A stretch of DNA of 64,000 bases from an uncultured Thermodesulfobacteriota bacterium (lineage in GTDB: Bacteria > Desulfobacterota > JBBIRW01). The notes under the pieces are model-generated. The model was not told where the DNA came from and did not search any database. It saw only the letters and a program-made list of their open reading frames with translations. This document shows positions 18,417-29,247 of this stretch, one piece after another. The stretch spans positions 10,944-74,943 of the forward strand of contig CAZDGM010000006.1 in assembly GCA_964505185.1 (NCBI GenBank). Direction: 5' to 3'. Position numbers and translations under genes: made by a program. The stretch's first letter is position 1. Each line of letters opens with the position of its first letter.

Positions 18417-19484
18417 CTATACTGTTTTTAACATTCTGTCAAGTGCAAGACGAGCATCCCTTTTTATATCGCCTGGCACATTGATTATATTTAATCTCCC
18501 GAGATTCTCAAGTGTCCAAAGGAGATGAGCAGTTGTGATCTTGAACATATTTCCACAAAGTGATCTTGCAAGCTCGAACACCCTTTTTCCAGGATTTTCC
18601 ATTGCAAGTCTTCTTATCAGGTTTAGCTCCGTGCCAATTATGATTGTTGATCCTTCAGATGCTCCATTTACATATTTCACTATGAAATCCGTTGATCCAT
18701 TTGCATCACTCATATCAACAACCTCTTGTATACATTCAGGGTGAACAACTATCGTTGCATCAGGGAATTTTGATCTCATCTCATAAATATGTCTGGTTTT
18801 AAAATATGTATGAACATGGCAGTATCCCTTCCACAGGATAAGCCTTGCCCTTATAATATCCTCCTTTTCATTTCCACCGAAATCCTTTTCGGGATCCCAG
18901 ACTATAATCTCCTCCTTCTTTATTCCCATTTTTTTCGCTGTGTTTCTGCCAAGATGCTCATCGGGAAAGAAGAAAAGTTTTTCCCTCTGAGCATACGCCC
19001 ACTGGAAAACAGCCATTGCATTAGTAGATGTGCATACACAACCTCCATGCCTTCCACAGAATGCCTTAAGTGCAGCTTTTGAATTCATATATGTAACAGG
19101 AATCACATTTTTTTCTCCGCAGATGGATGTTATCTGTTTCCAGGCATGTTCCACCTCATCAATTTCAGCCATATTTGCCATTGGGCATCCTGAATCAAGA
19201 TTTGGATGGTGAACAATCTGTTCATCATCGGTAAGTATATCGGCGCTTTCAGCCATAAAATGAACACCGCAAAACACAATAAACTCTGCATCCTTTTGTT
19301 CAGACGCCTTTTTTGAAAGGCCGAAGGAGTCTCCTCTGTAGTCTGAGAGAAAGACAATTTCTGGTCTCTGATAATGATGACCGAGGATGAGCAGATTTTT
19401 TCCCATCCTTTCCTTTATATTCTTTATCTTCTCTATTATCTCCTCTTCCTTCATTAATCTATATCTGTCAGGAATGATCATCAC
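18417..19484 (-). CDS. nadA: Quinolinate synthase
   Basis: ILGHHYQR, FCGVHFMAE, GCPMA, TYMNS, LWKGYCHVH and HPEC motifs. Confidence 0.95.
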   Translation of the reverse strand: MMIIPDRYRLMKEEEIIEKIKNIKERMGKNLLILGHHYQRPEIVFLSDYRGDSFGLSKKASEQKDAEFIVFCGVHFMAESADILTDDEQIVHHPNLDSGCPMANMAEIDEVEHAWKQITSICGEKNVIPVTYMNSKAALKAFCGRHGGCVCTSTNAMAVFQWAYAQREKLFFFPDEHLGRNTAKKMGIKKEEIIVWDPEKDFGGNEKEDIIRARLILWKGYCHVHTYFKTRHIYEMRSKFPDATIVVHPECIQEVVDMSDANGSTDFIVKYVNGASEGSTIIIGTELNLIRRLAMENPGKRVFELARSLCGNMFKITTAHLLWTLENLGRLNIINVPGDIKRDARLALDRMLKTV

Positions 19485-19494
19485 TGTTTACCCT

Positions 19495-20286
19495 TTAAAT
19501 TATGCTTTTTATAAGGCCTCCATCAATCTGAATAACTGAACCAGTAATATAGCTTGCCCTCTCTGAGCATAAAAATGTTACAACATCTGCAAATTCTGAA
19601 GGATATGCGAGCCTTCCGAGGGGGATATCCTTTATCCACGATTTATAAACCTCTTCCTCGGATGTATTGTTTCTTGATGATATTTCCTTTGCAAGCTCTT
19701 TTACCCTTTCTGTTAATGTATATCCAGGACAAACGCAATTTACCAGAATGTTATATTTTGCAACTTCATTTGACAGTGACTTTGAAAATCCCAGAACACC
19801 AGCACGCGATGTATTTGAGAGTATAAGTCCATCTATAGGTTGTTTTGCAGCAACTGATGTGATATTTACTATTCTTCCCCATCTGTTTTTTATCATGTGT
19901 GGAAGAACTTCGCGTGTAAGATTAATTGTGCTGATAAGATTTAATTCTATCGCTTTATTCCATTCTTCTTTACTGAAATCGAGGAATATACCGGTTGGTG
20001 GCCCACCTGCATTGTTTACAAGTATATCAATTCTTTGAAACCTCTGCAGCGTTTCATTAACTATAAACTTTACATCATCGATTTTTATAACATCACACAC
20101 TACAGCAAAAACAGAACCTGTCCCTATTGATTTTAATTCCTCCTCTGCCTTTTTGAGATTATCAATGTTTCTGGCACAGATGACGACATTTGCGCCCTCC
20201 TTTAAAAGTGAACGGGCAACTGCTTTCCCAAGACCTCTGCTTGATGCGGCAACTATTGCCACCCTATCTTTTATCCCCAGATCCAT
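19495..20286 (-). CDS. SDR family oxidoreductase
   Basis: [14 protein letters not shown], atypical LSNTSRA active site and PLGR. Confidence 0.9.
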   Translation of the reverse strand: MDLGIKDRVAIVAASSRGLGKAVARSLLKEGANVVICARNIDNLKKAEEELKSIGTGSVFAVVCDVIKIDDVKFIVNETLQRFQRIDILVNNAGGPPTGIFLDFSKEEWNKAIELNLISTINLTREVLPHMIKNRWGRIVNITSVAAKQPIDGLILSNTSRAGVLGFSKSLSNEVAKYNILVNCVCPGYTLTERVKELAKEISSRNNTSEEEVYKSWIKDIPLGRLAYPSEFADVVTFLCSERASYITGSVIQIDGGLIKSII

Positions 20287-20288
20287 TT

Positions 20289-21080
20289 TTATTCTCCTTC
20301 GGGTTCTTTATCGAATTTTATCCCATACTTTGTTGTTGTAGATCCATGAACATGTATTGCTTCACCTGTAATAAAGGAGGATAATTCAGAAACAAGAAAG
20401 AGCACAGCATTTGCAATATCATCCGGATTTCCAAAGGGTATTGTCAATCTGGAGCCCTGGAGCTTTCCCGTAAGATTCATTGATTGCCATTCATCCTTGC
20501 TTACAATCCATCCTGGGCATACACAATTTACCCTTATGCCCCTGGAAGCAAGTTCTTTTGCAAGTGATCTGGTGAAACCTATAACACCCATCTTACTTGC
20601 AGCATAGAATGAGTTGAAAGGCCTTTCTACATTATATATGGATGTTGCAATATTAACTATTGCCCCTCCTGTTCTTCTAAAATATGGAATTGCTGACCTT
20701 GTTACATTTATTGTTCCCGTTAAATTTGTTAGCAGGATATCCTCACCTGTTTCCCTTTCATCGTCGATCTTGATATTTCGCCAGATACCTGCATTATTGA
20801 CAAGTATATCTATCCCCCCAAAATCATAAGCAAATCTTTCAAATGTTTCCCTGCATTCGTTAGCATCGCTAATGTCAAGCCTGTAGCATTGGAAATTTCC
20901 ATTTATTCCCCTGAGTTCTTTGATTATCTCCTTTGCCTTATCTTTCCTATTGAAGTATGTAAATGCACCTGTTGCACCAGCTTTTGCGAGCTTCATTATT
21001 ATAGATTCTCCTATCTTGCTTGTTCCACCCGTTACAAATACAATCTTTCCCGTAAGAGTTATGAGTATACCCTTCTGCAT
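20289..21080 (-). CDS. SDR family oxidoreductase (FabG-like); start reassigned to ATG 21080
   Basis: [12 protein letters not shown] and YAASK motifs; GAGGTG upstream of ATG 21080. Confidence 0.88.
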   Translation of the reverse strand: MQKGILITLTGKIVFVTGGTSKIGESIIMKLAKAGATGAFTYFNRKDKAKEIIKELRGINGNFQCYRLDISDANECRETFERFAYDFGGIDILVNNAGIWRNIKIDDERETGEDILLTNLTGTINVTRSAIPYFRRTGGAIVNIATSIYNVERPFNSFYAASKMGVIGFTRSLAKELASRGIRVNCVCPGWIVSKDEWQSMNLTGKLQGSRLTIPFGNPDDIANAVLFLVSELSSFITGEAIHVHGSTTTKYGIKFDKEPEGE

Positions 21081-21090
21081 TTTATTGAAG

Positions 21091-22215
21091 TCACACCTCG
21101 ATGAATTTTGGAAACTGGGTAAGATTCTCCACCCCATCCTCCTTTACAACAATGAGGTCTTCGACCCTGACACCACCGATGCCAGCATAGTATAAACCAG
21201 GTTCAACCGTAATTACATTTCCCTTCTTCAGTATATCACCTTCTTTACCGATTCGAGGAAATTCATGGATGTCAAGCCCAACGCCATGTCCTGTACCATG
21301 AAAAAATCCCTGCATCCTGCCATTTATGTAACCAGTTATGAAACCTCTTTCTGCAAATACAGCCTGAACCTCACTATGAACCTGTGATCCATCTGCACCA
21401 TCTTTAATCAGACAAAATGCCTTCTTCTGTGCTTCAATGACCGCTTCATACATAGCTCTTATCCCATCGGATGCCCTTCCCTTAACCACGGTTCTTGTTA
21501 TATCAGCATAATATTTTGTTTTCATTGATCTTGGAAAGATGTCGATAATTATGGGCTCATTGGCACGAAGAGGCCCCGATCCCTCATTGTGTGGATCACA
21601 TGCATCCTCTCCACAGGCAACAATCGTTCTATCAGCAATGGCTTCATGTAGCAGGAGTTCAATAAGGATCTCTTTCTTTACCATCTCTGATGTTAATATT
21701 TTACCTTCAGCGCAAAGCATACCGTTTTTTACATCCGCTTCAATTATGATTCCTATTGCTCTTTGCATTGCTTTTTCTGCAGCCCGCAGGGTTTGCCTTA
21801 TACTTTCAACTTCATCCGGAGTTTTTATAGCCCTGTTTTCAAAGAAAGGTTCCTTTTTATATCTCAATTCAAAGCCTCTAATCCTTAGCTGGTCACCATA
21901 CTCTATCCAGAAATTATACGGCACAATTACACTTTTAATACGAAATTCATTGAGAACTTCTTCAATTATATCAATGTAATTTATACTCTCTTTTCCTCTT
22001 TTTTTCAGTGAATTTTCAATGGAGCTTACTGATAAAACGGTATCTGCGCATGATTCCTTTTTTGCACGATCAATTTCAAGGTCGCTTGTTATTATTATCC
22101 TTTTACCATCTATAATAAGGAGTGCAAAGGGATCCGGTGCAAGGAATTTCGATGCATAGTAGAGATTTGCATCCCTTTCACTTATTCCAATGATGAGAAG
22201 GGGTTCATTCCTCAT
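21091..22215 (-). CDS. M24 family Xaa-Pro aminopeptidase/prolidase
   Basis: IIIDI...YYADITRT, HGTGHGVGLDIHE, TVEPGLY and GVRVED motifs. Confidence 0.93.
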   Translation of the reverse strand: MRNEPLLIIGISERDANLYYASKFLAPDPFALLIIDGKRIIITSDLEIDRAKKESCADTVLSVSSIENSLKKRGKESINYIDIIEEVLNEFRIKSVIVPYNFWIEYGDQLRIRGFELRYKKEPFFENRAIKTPDEVESIRQTLRAAEKAMQRAIGIIIEADVKNGMLCAEGKILTSEMVKKEILIELLLHEAIADRTIVACGEDACDPHNEGSGPLRANEPIIIDIFPRSMKTKYYADITRTVVKGRASDGIRAMYEAVIEAQKKAFCLIKDGADGSQVHSEVQAVFAERGFITGYINGRMQGFFHGTGHGVGLDIHEFPRIGKEGDILKKGNVITVEPGLYYAGIGGVRVEDLIVVKEDGVENLTQFPKFIEV

Positions 22216-22280
22216 AATTTAAATCCAGAGGTATTTCATATTTTAGCATTCTAATCACAACTCTCTCAATAATGGGTTAA

Positions 22281-24026
22281 CTATTCGAATAGGGGTACTA
22301 ATGCTCTCCTTTTTACATCAACTATTCCCTTTGTTGTGATTCTTATACTTGGAAGACCTACAAAGGAGAGGAAAAAAAGAACATTGATGGGTTTCTTAAA
22401 AGAAAATCCCCTTGATATAATTAGGTTGTTTATATGATTAAGCTCCATATATACATCATATATGTTTTTTGTCGTAAAAACGCCACCTACCTCCATGGGA
22501 AGTATGAGCTTTTTATCCCTATCAATAATCCCGATACCACCACCTGCCTCCATAAGGATCTTGGAGATATTTGCCATCTGCTCATCATTTTTTCCGATTA
22601 TGATGAGATTATTATCATCAAAGTTCAATGTTGAAGCAAAGGCATCAACCGATGCTCCAAACCCCCTCAGCACACCAAGAGTAAATCCACTCTTTCCGAT
22701 TCTATCTATGACAGCAATTTTTAAGAGGTCGGGGTAATATTCGGGTCTGAACTCTTTAAGACCCCTATCTATTTCAATAAACCCTTCCTTTGTAATATTT
22801 TCATTGATAATCTCAATTATCCTGATTTTATTTGCACCATCAGGAATATGGATGGTAAACTCTTCAGGATCAAGCCTGTACTTTACATTTATGCTTTTAT
22901 AAAAATGTGAGGGATAATTATATCTATTGGAAGCTTTCACTATCTTTCCTTCCTCTACAACAATTCTACCCTTTGCAATTACCATCGATATTTCCATATT
23001 ATTGAGATCCCTTATTATGTTGATGTCTGCATATCTGCCCGGTGCAATTCCCCCGATCTCTTGTTCCAATCCAGTATAATTGGCAGGATTTAGTGTTGCC
23101 ATACGGATGGCTTTTACCGGATCAAGACCGAGAGAGATCGCTTTCCTGATTATGTAGTCAATATGTCCTTTTTGAATAATATCTTCCGGATCAACAGAGT
23201 CAGAAACAAACATAACACGATCACCACTTACAGGATTATTCCCCAGAAAAGGAATCAGGGTTTTCTCTAAATCCCTCCTTGATGATCCTTCTCTGAGCAT
23301 AACCCAGTATCCCATTCGTAGCCTTTCCAATACATCCCTTTCATTTATCGATTCATGGCATGAAGATATACCAATTGATGAAAGTGCACAGAGTTTCCAG
23401 TCCTTTGCACCAGCGGTGTGGCCCTGGATAATCTTCCCTGATTTTTTTGCGAGTAATATCTTATCAAGTATCATATTATCACCAAGCAGGAGTCTTACCC
23501 AGGGTATTGTTTCACCCAGTCCATGGACATCATGTTCCCTGAATAGTTCCTTAATCTCATCGATACTCAAGGGAACTGCACTGCAGAAGTCAGTATCGTG
23601 CGGTACACAGAGAGGAATATAGGTATATACCTTTACATGATGTCTCCTCACTTCATCAAGAAAAATTTCCACACCTTCTTTCCCGAAAACAGAGACAAAT
23701 TCATCAGGCTCAGTGTATATGGAAGTTGTTCCCCTCATCAGGTATTCATCGAGATATTGAGTTGGTGAGACAATAAAATCTATATGGGTATGTGCATCAA
23801 TAAATCCAGGAGATGCAAACATTCCACTGGCATCTATTATCTGTGTATCTTTACCTATTGTGAATGAGGAGTCTTTACCCACATAGCATATCCTTTCACC
23901 AAATATGGAAATATCGGTATTGTCATTAATTTCGGAAGAATATACATTTATCAATTTTGCATTCCTTATGACAATATGTGATTTTAACTCTCCTGTTGCC
24001 GCATAGAATAATTCTCTGTTGTTCAT
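22281..24026 (-). CDS. Adenine deaminase-like amidohydrolase
   Basis: PGFIDAHTHID, GLGE, GH, CHE, LREGS, AIRMATLNPA and GGIAPGRYAD, plus an Ade-type C-terminal domain. Confidence 0.82.
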   Translation of the reverse strand: MNNRELFYAATGELKSHIVIRNAKLINVYSSEINDNTDISIFGERICYVGKDSSFTIGKDTQIIDASGMFASPGFIDAHTHIDFIVSPTQYLDEYLMRGTTSIYTEPDEFVSVFGKEGVEIFLDEVRRHHVKVYTYIPLCVPHDTDFCSAVPLSIDEIKELFREHDVHGLGETIPWVRLLLGDNMILDKILLAKKSGKIIQGHTAGAKDWKLCALSSIGISSCHESINERDVLERLRMGYWVMLREGSSRRDLEKTLIPFLGNNPVSGDRVMFVSDSVDPEDIIQKGHIDYIIRKAISLGLDPVKAIRMATLNPANYTGLEQEIGGIAPGRYADINIIRDLNNMEISMVIAKGRIVVEEGKIVKASNRYNYPSHFYKSINVKYRLDPEEFTIHIPDGANKIRIIEIINENITKEGFIEIDRGLKEFRPEYYPDLLKIAVIDRIGKSGFTLGVLRGFGASVDAFASTLNFDDNNLIIIGKNDEQMANISKILMEAGGGIGIIDRDKKLILPMEVGGVFTTKNIYDVYMELNHINNLIISRGFSFKKPINVLFFLSFVGLPSIRITTKGIVDVKRRALVPLFE

Positions 24027-24857
24027 CTATTCAACTCCTGTATCGATCTTTAATAATTTTGCTGCATTTCGGAATAGTATATTTTCTAAGGCATTTTCAT
24101 CAAGGGGGAGGGCTTTTAGATCGGCAATATTCTTTTTCAGATCCTTAACACCGGGCCAGTCGGAACCAAAAATAAATTTCTCGGGGTATTTTGATATTGA
24201 TGGAAAATATTCTGTTAACTTAAATGGTGGAAGACCAGATACTTCGATATAAACCCTTTCATGTCGAGTTGCAAGATATTCTGCCTCTTTATAAAAATAG
24301 CCTCTTCCACCATGTGCAAGCACTATATTGAGGAATGGGAAGTCGACGGCAACCTCGTCAAGATAAAGAGGATTTCCAAACTTAGCCTTTGCCCCGTAAA
24401 AGATGGAGGATCCAGTGTGCACGAGCAGCGGCAATTGCATCTCTTCGAGTTTTTCGTAAAGTGGATAAAGCAATCTATCGCTTGGATAAAAGGACTGATG
24501 GACAGGATGAAGCTTGACACCTTTTGACATATATCTTTCATGTTCATATAGAAACGTTTTCACAGGATCTTTAGCAATCCAGGGATTTATATTACTGAAT
24601 AGAATGAATTTCTCCGATGATTTACATAAAGAAAAAGCCTTTTCTATCGTAACCGTGCCATATGCCTTCGGGGAATACTCAGGAAGAATGATAGCAAATT
24701 TTACAGAACAATCATCAAGGTATTTTATAAATTTTTCAGTAACAAGTATTCCATTGTCAAAAACAGTCATGTATCTTGTGAATTTAAGGAAGTAATCCTG
24801 TGCCCAGGGAGTGAGATCGCTGAGGTCTCCTGCATGGATATGAAAATCAATAACCAT
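24027..24857 (-). CDS. Amidohydrolase_2 family protein
   Basis: IDFHIH, GVKLHP, LLVHTG, VLAHGG and IFGSDWP motifs. Confidence 0.88.
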   Translation of the reverse strand: MVIDFHIHAGDLSDLTPWAQDYFLKFTRYMTVFDNGILVTEKFIKYLDDCSVKFAIILPEYSPKAYGTVTIEKAFSLCKSSEKFILFSNINPWIAKDPVKTFLYEHERYMSKGVKLHPVHQSFYPSDRLLYPLYEKLEEMQLPLLVHTGSSIFYGAKAKFGNPLYLDEVAVDFPFLNIVLAHGGRGYFYKEAEYLATRHERVYIEVSGLPPFKLTEYFPSISKYPEKFIFGSDWPGVKDLKKNIADLKALPLDENALENILFRNAAKLLKIDTGVE

Positions 24858-25699
24858 CAGAAAACGATATCCCTTATTATTTTATGAATTTCATCAATTG
24901 ACCATACACCCTCTTTTTTCTCAACCCCTTCGGTAACTAACATCCTGTATGAATAGATTTTCCTCCCTTTTATTCCTATTATTTTTCCTGTTATGTCAGA
25001 TGCCATCTCAGAGCATAAATATACGACAACGGGAGCTATATACTGTGGCCCGATTTCATCAGGACTTGCGTCACTGTATCTTGGAAGATCCGATGTCATC
25101 CGGGTAAGGGCAATGGGTGCTATTGCGTTGACCGTTATTCCGTATCTCTTCAGTTCAATGGATGCAACCATTGTGAATCCATAAATACCAGCCTTAGCAG
25201 CTGCATAATTAGCCTGTCCGAAATTTCCTATCAGACCTGCAACAGATGTTGTATTTATTATTCTCCCCCCTGATCCCTGATCCTTCATAATGGCCGCCGC
25301 CTTCTGGGTCAAAAGGAATGTTCCTTTCAAGTGGACATTCATTACTGAATCCCACTCCTCTTCACTCATTTTTAAAATTGTTCTGTCTCTAAGAATTCCT
25401 GCATTGTTAACAAGGATATCTATTCTTCCGAAACTCTCGATTGCTTTTTTTATTATTGCGGTTGTACCTTCTGATGTTGCAACACTATCGTAACTTGCAA
25501 TAGCCTCACCACCGAACTTTCTTATTTCTTCGACCACTTGATCCGCCATTTTTGTATCACTTCCTGTTCCATTTCTCAGGCATCCAACATCGTTAACAAC
25601 AACCTTCGCACCAGCCTTTGCCAACTCCAGTGCTTCAAATCTCCCTATCCCTCCCCCTGCTCCCGATACTATTGCAACCTTGTTTTTAAGAATCTCCAT
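24857..25699 (-). CDS. SDR family oxidoreductase (MFE-2/3-hydroxyacyl-CoA dehydrogenase-like); start reassigned to ATG 25699
   Basis: SGAGGGIG, VVVND, NNAGILRD and FGQANYAAAK motifs; GGAG RBS. Confidence 0.9.
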   Translation of the reverse strand: MEILKNKVAIVSGAGGGIGRFEALELAKAGAKVVVNDVGCLRNGTGSDTKMADQVVEEIRKFGGEAIASYDSVATSEGTTAIIKKAIESFGRIDILVNNAGILRDRTILKMSEEEWDSVMNVHLKGTFLLTQKAAAIMKDQGSGGRIINTTSVAGLIGNFGQANYAAAKAGIYGFTMVASIELKRYGITVNAIAPIALTRMTSDLPRYSDASPDEIGPQYIAPVVVYLCSEMASDITGKIIGIKGRKIYSYRMLVTEGVEKKEGVWSIDEIHKIIRDIVF

Positions 25700-25725
25700 A
25701 ACCCGCTCCTTTCCGATTTTATGCA

Positions 25726-26940
25726 TTAAAGTAGACTTGTTAGTTTTTTTAAAGCTAATGATATAATAGTCCCCAACCATGCCATCAAGCAAGCAAGAAT
25801 GAATGCGGGATTAAAGCTTCCCATGGTATCAGTAAGATATCCAGCTATAGATGGGGATATCATCTGACCTATTCCAAATATAAATGTCACAAATCCAAGG
25901 GCTGCGGGTGCCATCTTTGCGCCACAGTAATCCCCGCATGCCGCAGCCATTATTGCAGGTATGCTCCATGCTGTTAAGCCAAACATTGCTGCTGATATGT
26001 AAAATGAAGAAGCACCAATATTTAATGTAAAAATCAGGTATGATAATCCTTGAAAGAAAGAAACAAGGGCAAAACCAAACTTTCTTCCTATAATATCAGA
26101 GATGCTTCCCCACATAAGTCCACTTACTATGCTCAATATCCCTATGAGAGACAATAGATTTCCTGCGAGGCCAGAGTGCATATGTCTCTCTTTTATTATA
26201 TAGGCAGCAAAGAATGTTGCGTAGATGATATAGGAAAATCCAAATGTAAAATAAATTGCTGCAAGATGCCAGAGGGATTTATTTCTGCATAGCTCTCCGA
26301 ATCCTGGATTGTTTATTTTTTCATCGCCTTTTGGAACACCGCCGATGGGCTTCAATCCAACTTCTGCTGGACGGTCCCTGAGAAAGATCCATGCAACCAC
26401 ACCGATGAGGATCACCGCAGCGCCGAGATATATCCAGCTCATCCTCCACCCCCGCGGCCCATAGTTTGAAACCCATCTCGGCACTAGATACCCTGTTAAA
26501 AGAAGACCTATACCAGAGCCGCCAACTGCAAAACCGCTTGCCATCCCCCTTCTTCGCGAAGTAAACCAGGAGGAGAGCAAGCCCATAACAGGCACATTGC
26601 TGCCACCACTTCCAATCCCTGTTGCTGTTCTAAACAAGAGTGCCTGATAGAAATTTTTAGAAAATCCTGTAAGGATCATGGTAATGCCCGCAAGCATAAG
26701 GGAGCTGCTTATCACCTTCTTTGAGCTATACCTTGTTGCGAACCAGCCACCTATTATTGAAAATATAAAATAGCCAATAAGGTTTCCTGTTGCAAGGAGC
26801 CCCATCTGGGTATAAGTGAGAGAAAGCCCCTCTTTCATGAATGGAAGTATCATGCTGTAGCCAAAACGTGCGAAACCGAGTGCTCCGGTAACAACCATTA
26901 TGCTCAGAATAACTATAATAAATCCATAATGGATTAGCAT
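25726..26940 (-). CDS. MFS transporter (YbfB/YjiJ-like)
   Basis: About 12 TM helices; GFARFGYSMILP and SDIIGRK motifs. Confidence 0.88.
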   Translation of the reverse strand: MLIHYGFIIVILSIMVVTGALGFARFGYSMILPFMKEGLSLTYTQMGLLATGNLIGYFIFSIIGGWFATRYSSKKVISSSLMLAGITMILTGFSKNFYQALLFRTATGIGSGGSNVPVMGLLSSWFTSRRRGMASGFAVGGSGIGLLLTGYLVPRWVSNYGPRGWRMSWIYLGAAVILIGVVAWIFLRDRPAEVGLKPIGGVPKGDEKINNPGFGELCRNKSLWHLAAIYFTFGFSYIIYATFFAAYIIKERHMHSGLAGNLLSLIGILSIVSGLMWGSISDIIGRKFGFALVSFFQGLSYLIFTLNIGASSFYISAAMFGLTAWSIPAIMAAACGDYCGAKMAPAALGFVTFIFGIGQMISPSIAGYLTDTMGSFNPAFILACLMAWLGTIISLALKKLTSLL

Positions 26941-26987
26941 AAGCTAAACCGCCCCTTTTTGATTAGATTCCAATAATTTTATTTTCC

Positions 26988-27362
26988 TTATTCTCTAATG
27001 TAAAGAGCACCTGTGGTGCAGATTTTCACACACTGTGGATCACTGCCACACAGATCACAATGGAAAACCTTTTCATTAAATGCAAATATTGCTTTATGAG
27101 GACATTTATTAACTGTTTCACATGGCCATATGAATTCCCGTAACATCATTTTTTTATCAACATCCAATCCATCCAGACAGAACATCTTGTTTTCATTACA
27201 TTGAAGGCAAACATGCGGTACATTCACCCCTTTTCCAAGATCATCCTTAATTACCCTGATGGCGGAGGTAATTGGATTTATGTAGCCGAAATGATAAAGT
27301 GAACAGACAATCTCACACTGATGACATCCTGTGCATTTTTCCCTTCTTGTAAGAACCCTCAT
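26988..27362 (-). CDS. 4Fe-4S dicluster protein (AOR partner)
   Basis: CTGCHQCEIVCS and CDLCGSDPQCVKIC motifs; overlaps the AOR stop. Confidence 0.88.
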   Translation of the reverse strand: MRVLTRREKCTGCHQCEIVCSLYHFGYINPITSAIRVIKDDLGKGVNVPHVCLQCNENKMFCLDGLDVDKKMMLREFIWPCETVNKCPHKAIFAFNEKVFHCDLCGSDPQCVKICTTGALYIRE

Positions 27363-29227
27363 TGAATCAATTCTCTCAACCCGAGTTTCTCAAGCTGAGA
27401 AGCTGTTGGAATACCCCTTTCATCCCAGCCATGCAAGCTGTAATACTCATCGAGCATCTGCTGGAACTTACCCTTATCAATAAAAGCCCCCTTTGCAGGT
27501 CCATCCTTAACAGGTTCCTCGAAATAGATCCATGGTAATGTATCGTCCTTCCTGTCCATTCCTTCCCTTACAAGATACATCCTTTCTGTTGTGTATATCC
27601 TCTCACCAATTTCAAAAACATCATCCCTGCTTACATTAAATCCTGTTGCAAGGTAAATAAGATTTGCAAATTCATCAAATTTTGGTGCATGAGGGCTGCT
27701 GAATGCAGTTAAAAATCTACACAATCCAAGTGCATCAGTGACAGCATGAAGCAGTTCATGCCACCATACCATCCTTGCTTTCCCCTCATAAGATCTATAG
27801 TCAGGCGAAACCTTACCCCCATATAATTTCTCAAGAAGTGAAGGTGGGAGATTTAGAACATCATTAGATGGACGACTTCTCATATGATCACATCCCCTTG
27901 TCGCCGTTGCAAGTCCCAGGGCAAAGGATGGAACAATACGCTCATCCGTAACCTCAAGCGGCATGTTTTTTATACTGTAGGCATATCTCTTCGCATTTTC
28001 GCCAAGGACTTCGGCCTTCCAGAATCCCTCTGCAAGGAGATCCCCAAAACCTTCCCTGTATGCAACATCCCTTATGAGCCTATCCGTACTTTCTATGTTT
28101 CCCCAGTCAAGCGGATAGCCAAGATCTTTTTCATTGATCACTCCCTTTTCATATAACTCCATTGCCCAACCTATATAGGCGCCCATACTCATTGCATCAA
28201 TTCCGTAGAGATTGCACAAATCTGTAAAATAAACAGCCCTTTCAAGATCAGAAATTCCAATATTTGCACTGAGAGGACCTAATGCACCATAGTCAGGACC
28301 CTCGCCGTTAAATTCTTTTCCATCAATATTAACTATATGTTTATGTCTGCAATGAACAGGACAGGAGCTACATGCAACCATTCCCTTTGACAACCTTTCG
28401 AGATTCTCGGCAGAGAGTTTATTTCCTTCTTCACCCATTGATGTTTGCTGATGATTCTTTACACTCAGCCACCCGCCTTCATTTGCATAACGAAGCAAAA
28501 GTGGCGTTCCATATCTTCCCAGTGCCTGACACCAGGCCCTTTTCATAACCTGTTGCTGAAGCTCAAAGCAATAGGATAAGAATTCTTTCGGTTTAAAAAC
28601 GGAAAGACCCTTTGTTCCAATGACTGCGATTGCCTTCAGATTTTTTGAACCCATAACAGCGCCAATGCCTGTTCTTGCTGCCATATTCTTGCGACCGGTA
28701 ACGATCCCTGAGAACCTGACAAGCCTTTCTCCTGCAGGACCTATACATGCAATCTTCAACCTTTCAATTCCCTCATCTTCCCTGATAATCTTTTGCGTCT
28801 CAAGTGTATCTTTTCCCCATATATGCTGTGCATCCTTTATCTCGATATCATCATCCTTTATAAGTATATAAACAGGCTTTTTACTCCTTCCCCTGATAAC
28901 AACATGACTGTATCCTGTATAGTTTAGCTCGGCTCCGAAATCACCTCCTATGTTAGAATCTCCGAGGAATCGATTTTCAGGAGAGCGGGCAGTTATATTC
29001 ATTCTTCCCGCCCCGGGCGCCATTGTTCCTGTAAGAAGACCTGCTCCAAGTATTACAGGATTTTCAGGTGAAAAGGGATCTGTATCTCGTCCTGTAAAAT
29101 GATAAAGGAAATAGGTATTTATACCCCTTCCTCCGAGGAACTTTCTCCTGAGCTCAAGACTTATTTCTTCCTTTTTTATTTCTCCAGAATCAAGGTTAAT
29201 GTGAAGAAGCTTTCTGTTGAGAGGCAA
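27359..29227 (-). CDS. Aldehyde:ferredoxin oxidoreductase family (W/Mo-bis-pterin)
   Basis: GGRG, ACIGPAGE, GAVMGSKNLKA, CxxCPVHC, EGPDY, RGCDH and DALGLC motifs; TTG start. Confidence 0.93.
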   Translation of the reverse strand: MPLNRKLLHINLDSGEIKKEEISLELRRKFLGGRGINTYFLYHFTGRDTDPFSPENPVILGAGLLTGTMAPGAGRMNITARSPENRFLGDSNIGGDFGAELNYTGYSHVVIRGRSKKPVYILIKDDDIEIKDAQHIWGKDTLETQKIIREDEGIERLKIACIGPAGERLVRFSGIVTGRKNMAARTGIGAVMGSKNLKAIAVIGTKGLSVFKPKEFLSYCFELQQQVMKRAWCQALGRYGTPLLLRYANEGGWLSVKNHQQTSMGEEGNKLSAENLERLSKGMVACSSCPVHCRHKHIVNIDGKEFNGEGPDYGALGPLSANIGISDLERAVYFTDLCNLYGIDAMSMGAYIGWAMELYEKGVINEKDLGYPLDWGNIESTDRLIRDVAYREGFGDLLAEGFWKAEVLGENAKRYAYSIKNMPLEVTDERIVPSFALGLATATRGCDHMRSRPSNDVLNLPPSLLEKLYGGKVSPDYRSYEGKARMVWWHELLHAVTDALGLCRFLTAFSSPHAPKFDEFANLIYLATGFNVSRDDVFEIGERIYTTERMYLVREGMDRKDDTLPWIYFEEPVKDGPAKGAFIDKGKFQQMLDEYYSLHGWDERGIPTASQLEKLGLRELIQ

Positions 29228-29247
29228 TAGTTTCCCCCTGGAAATGG

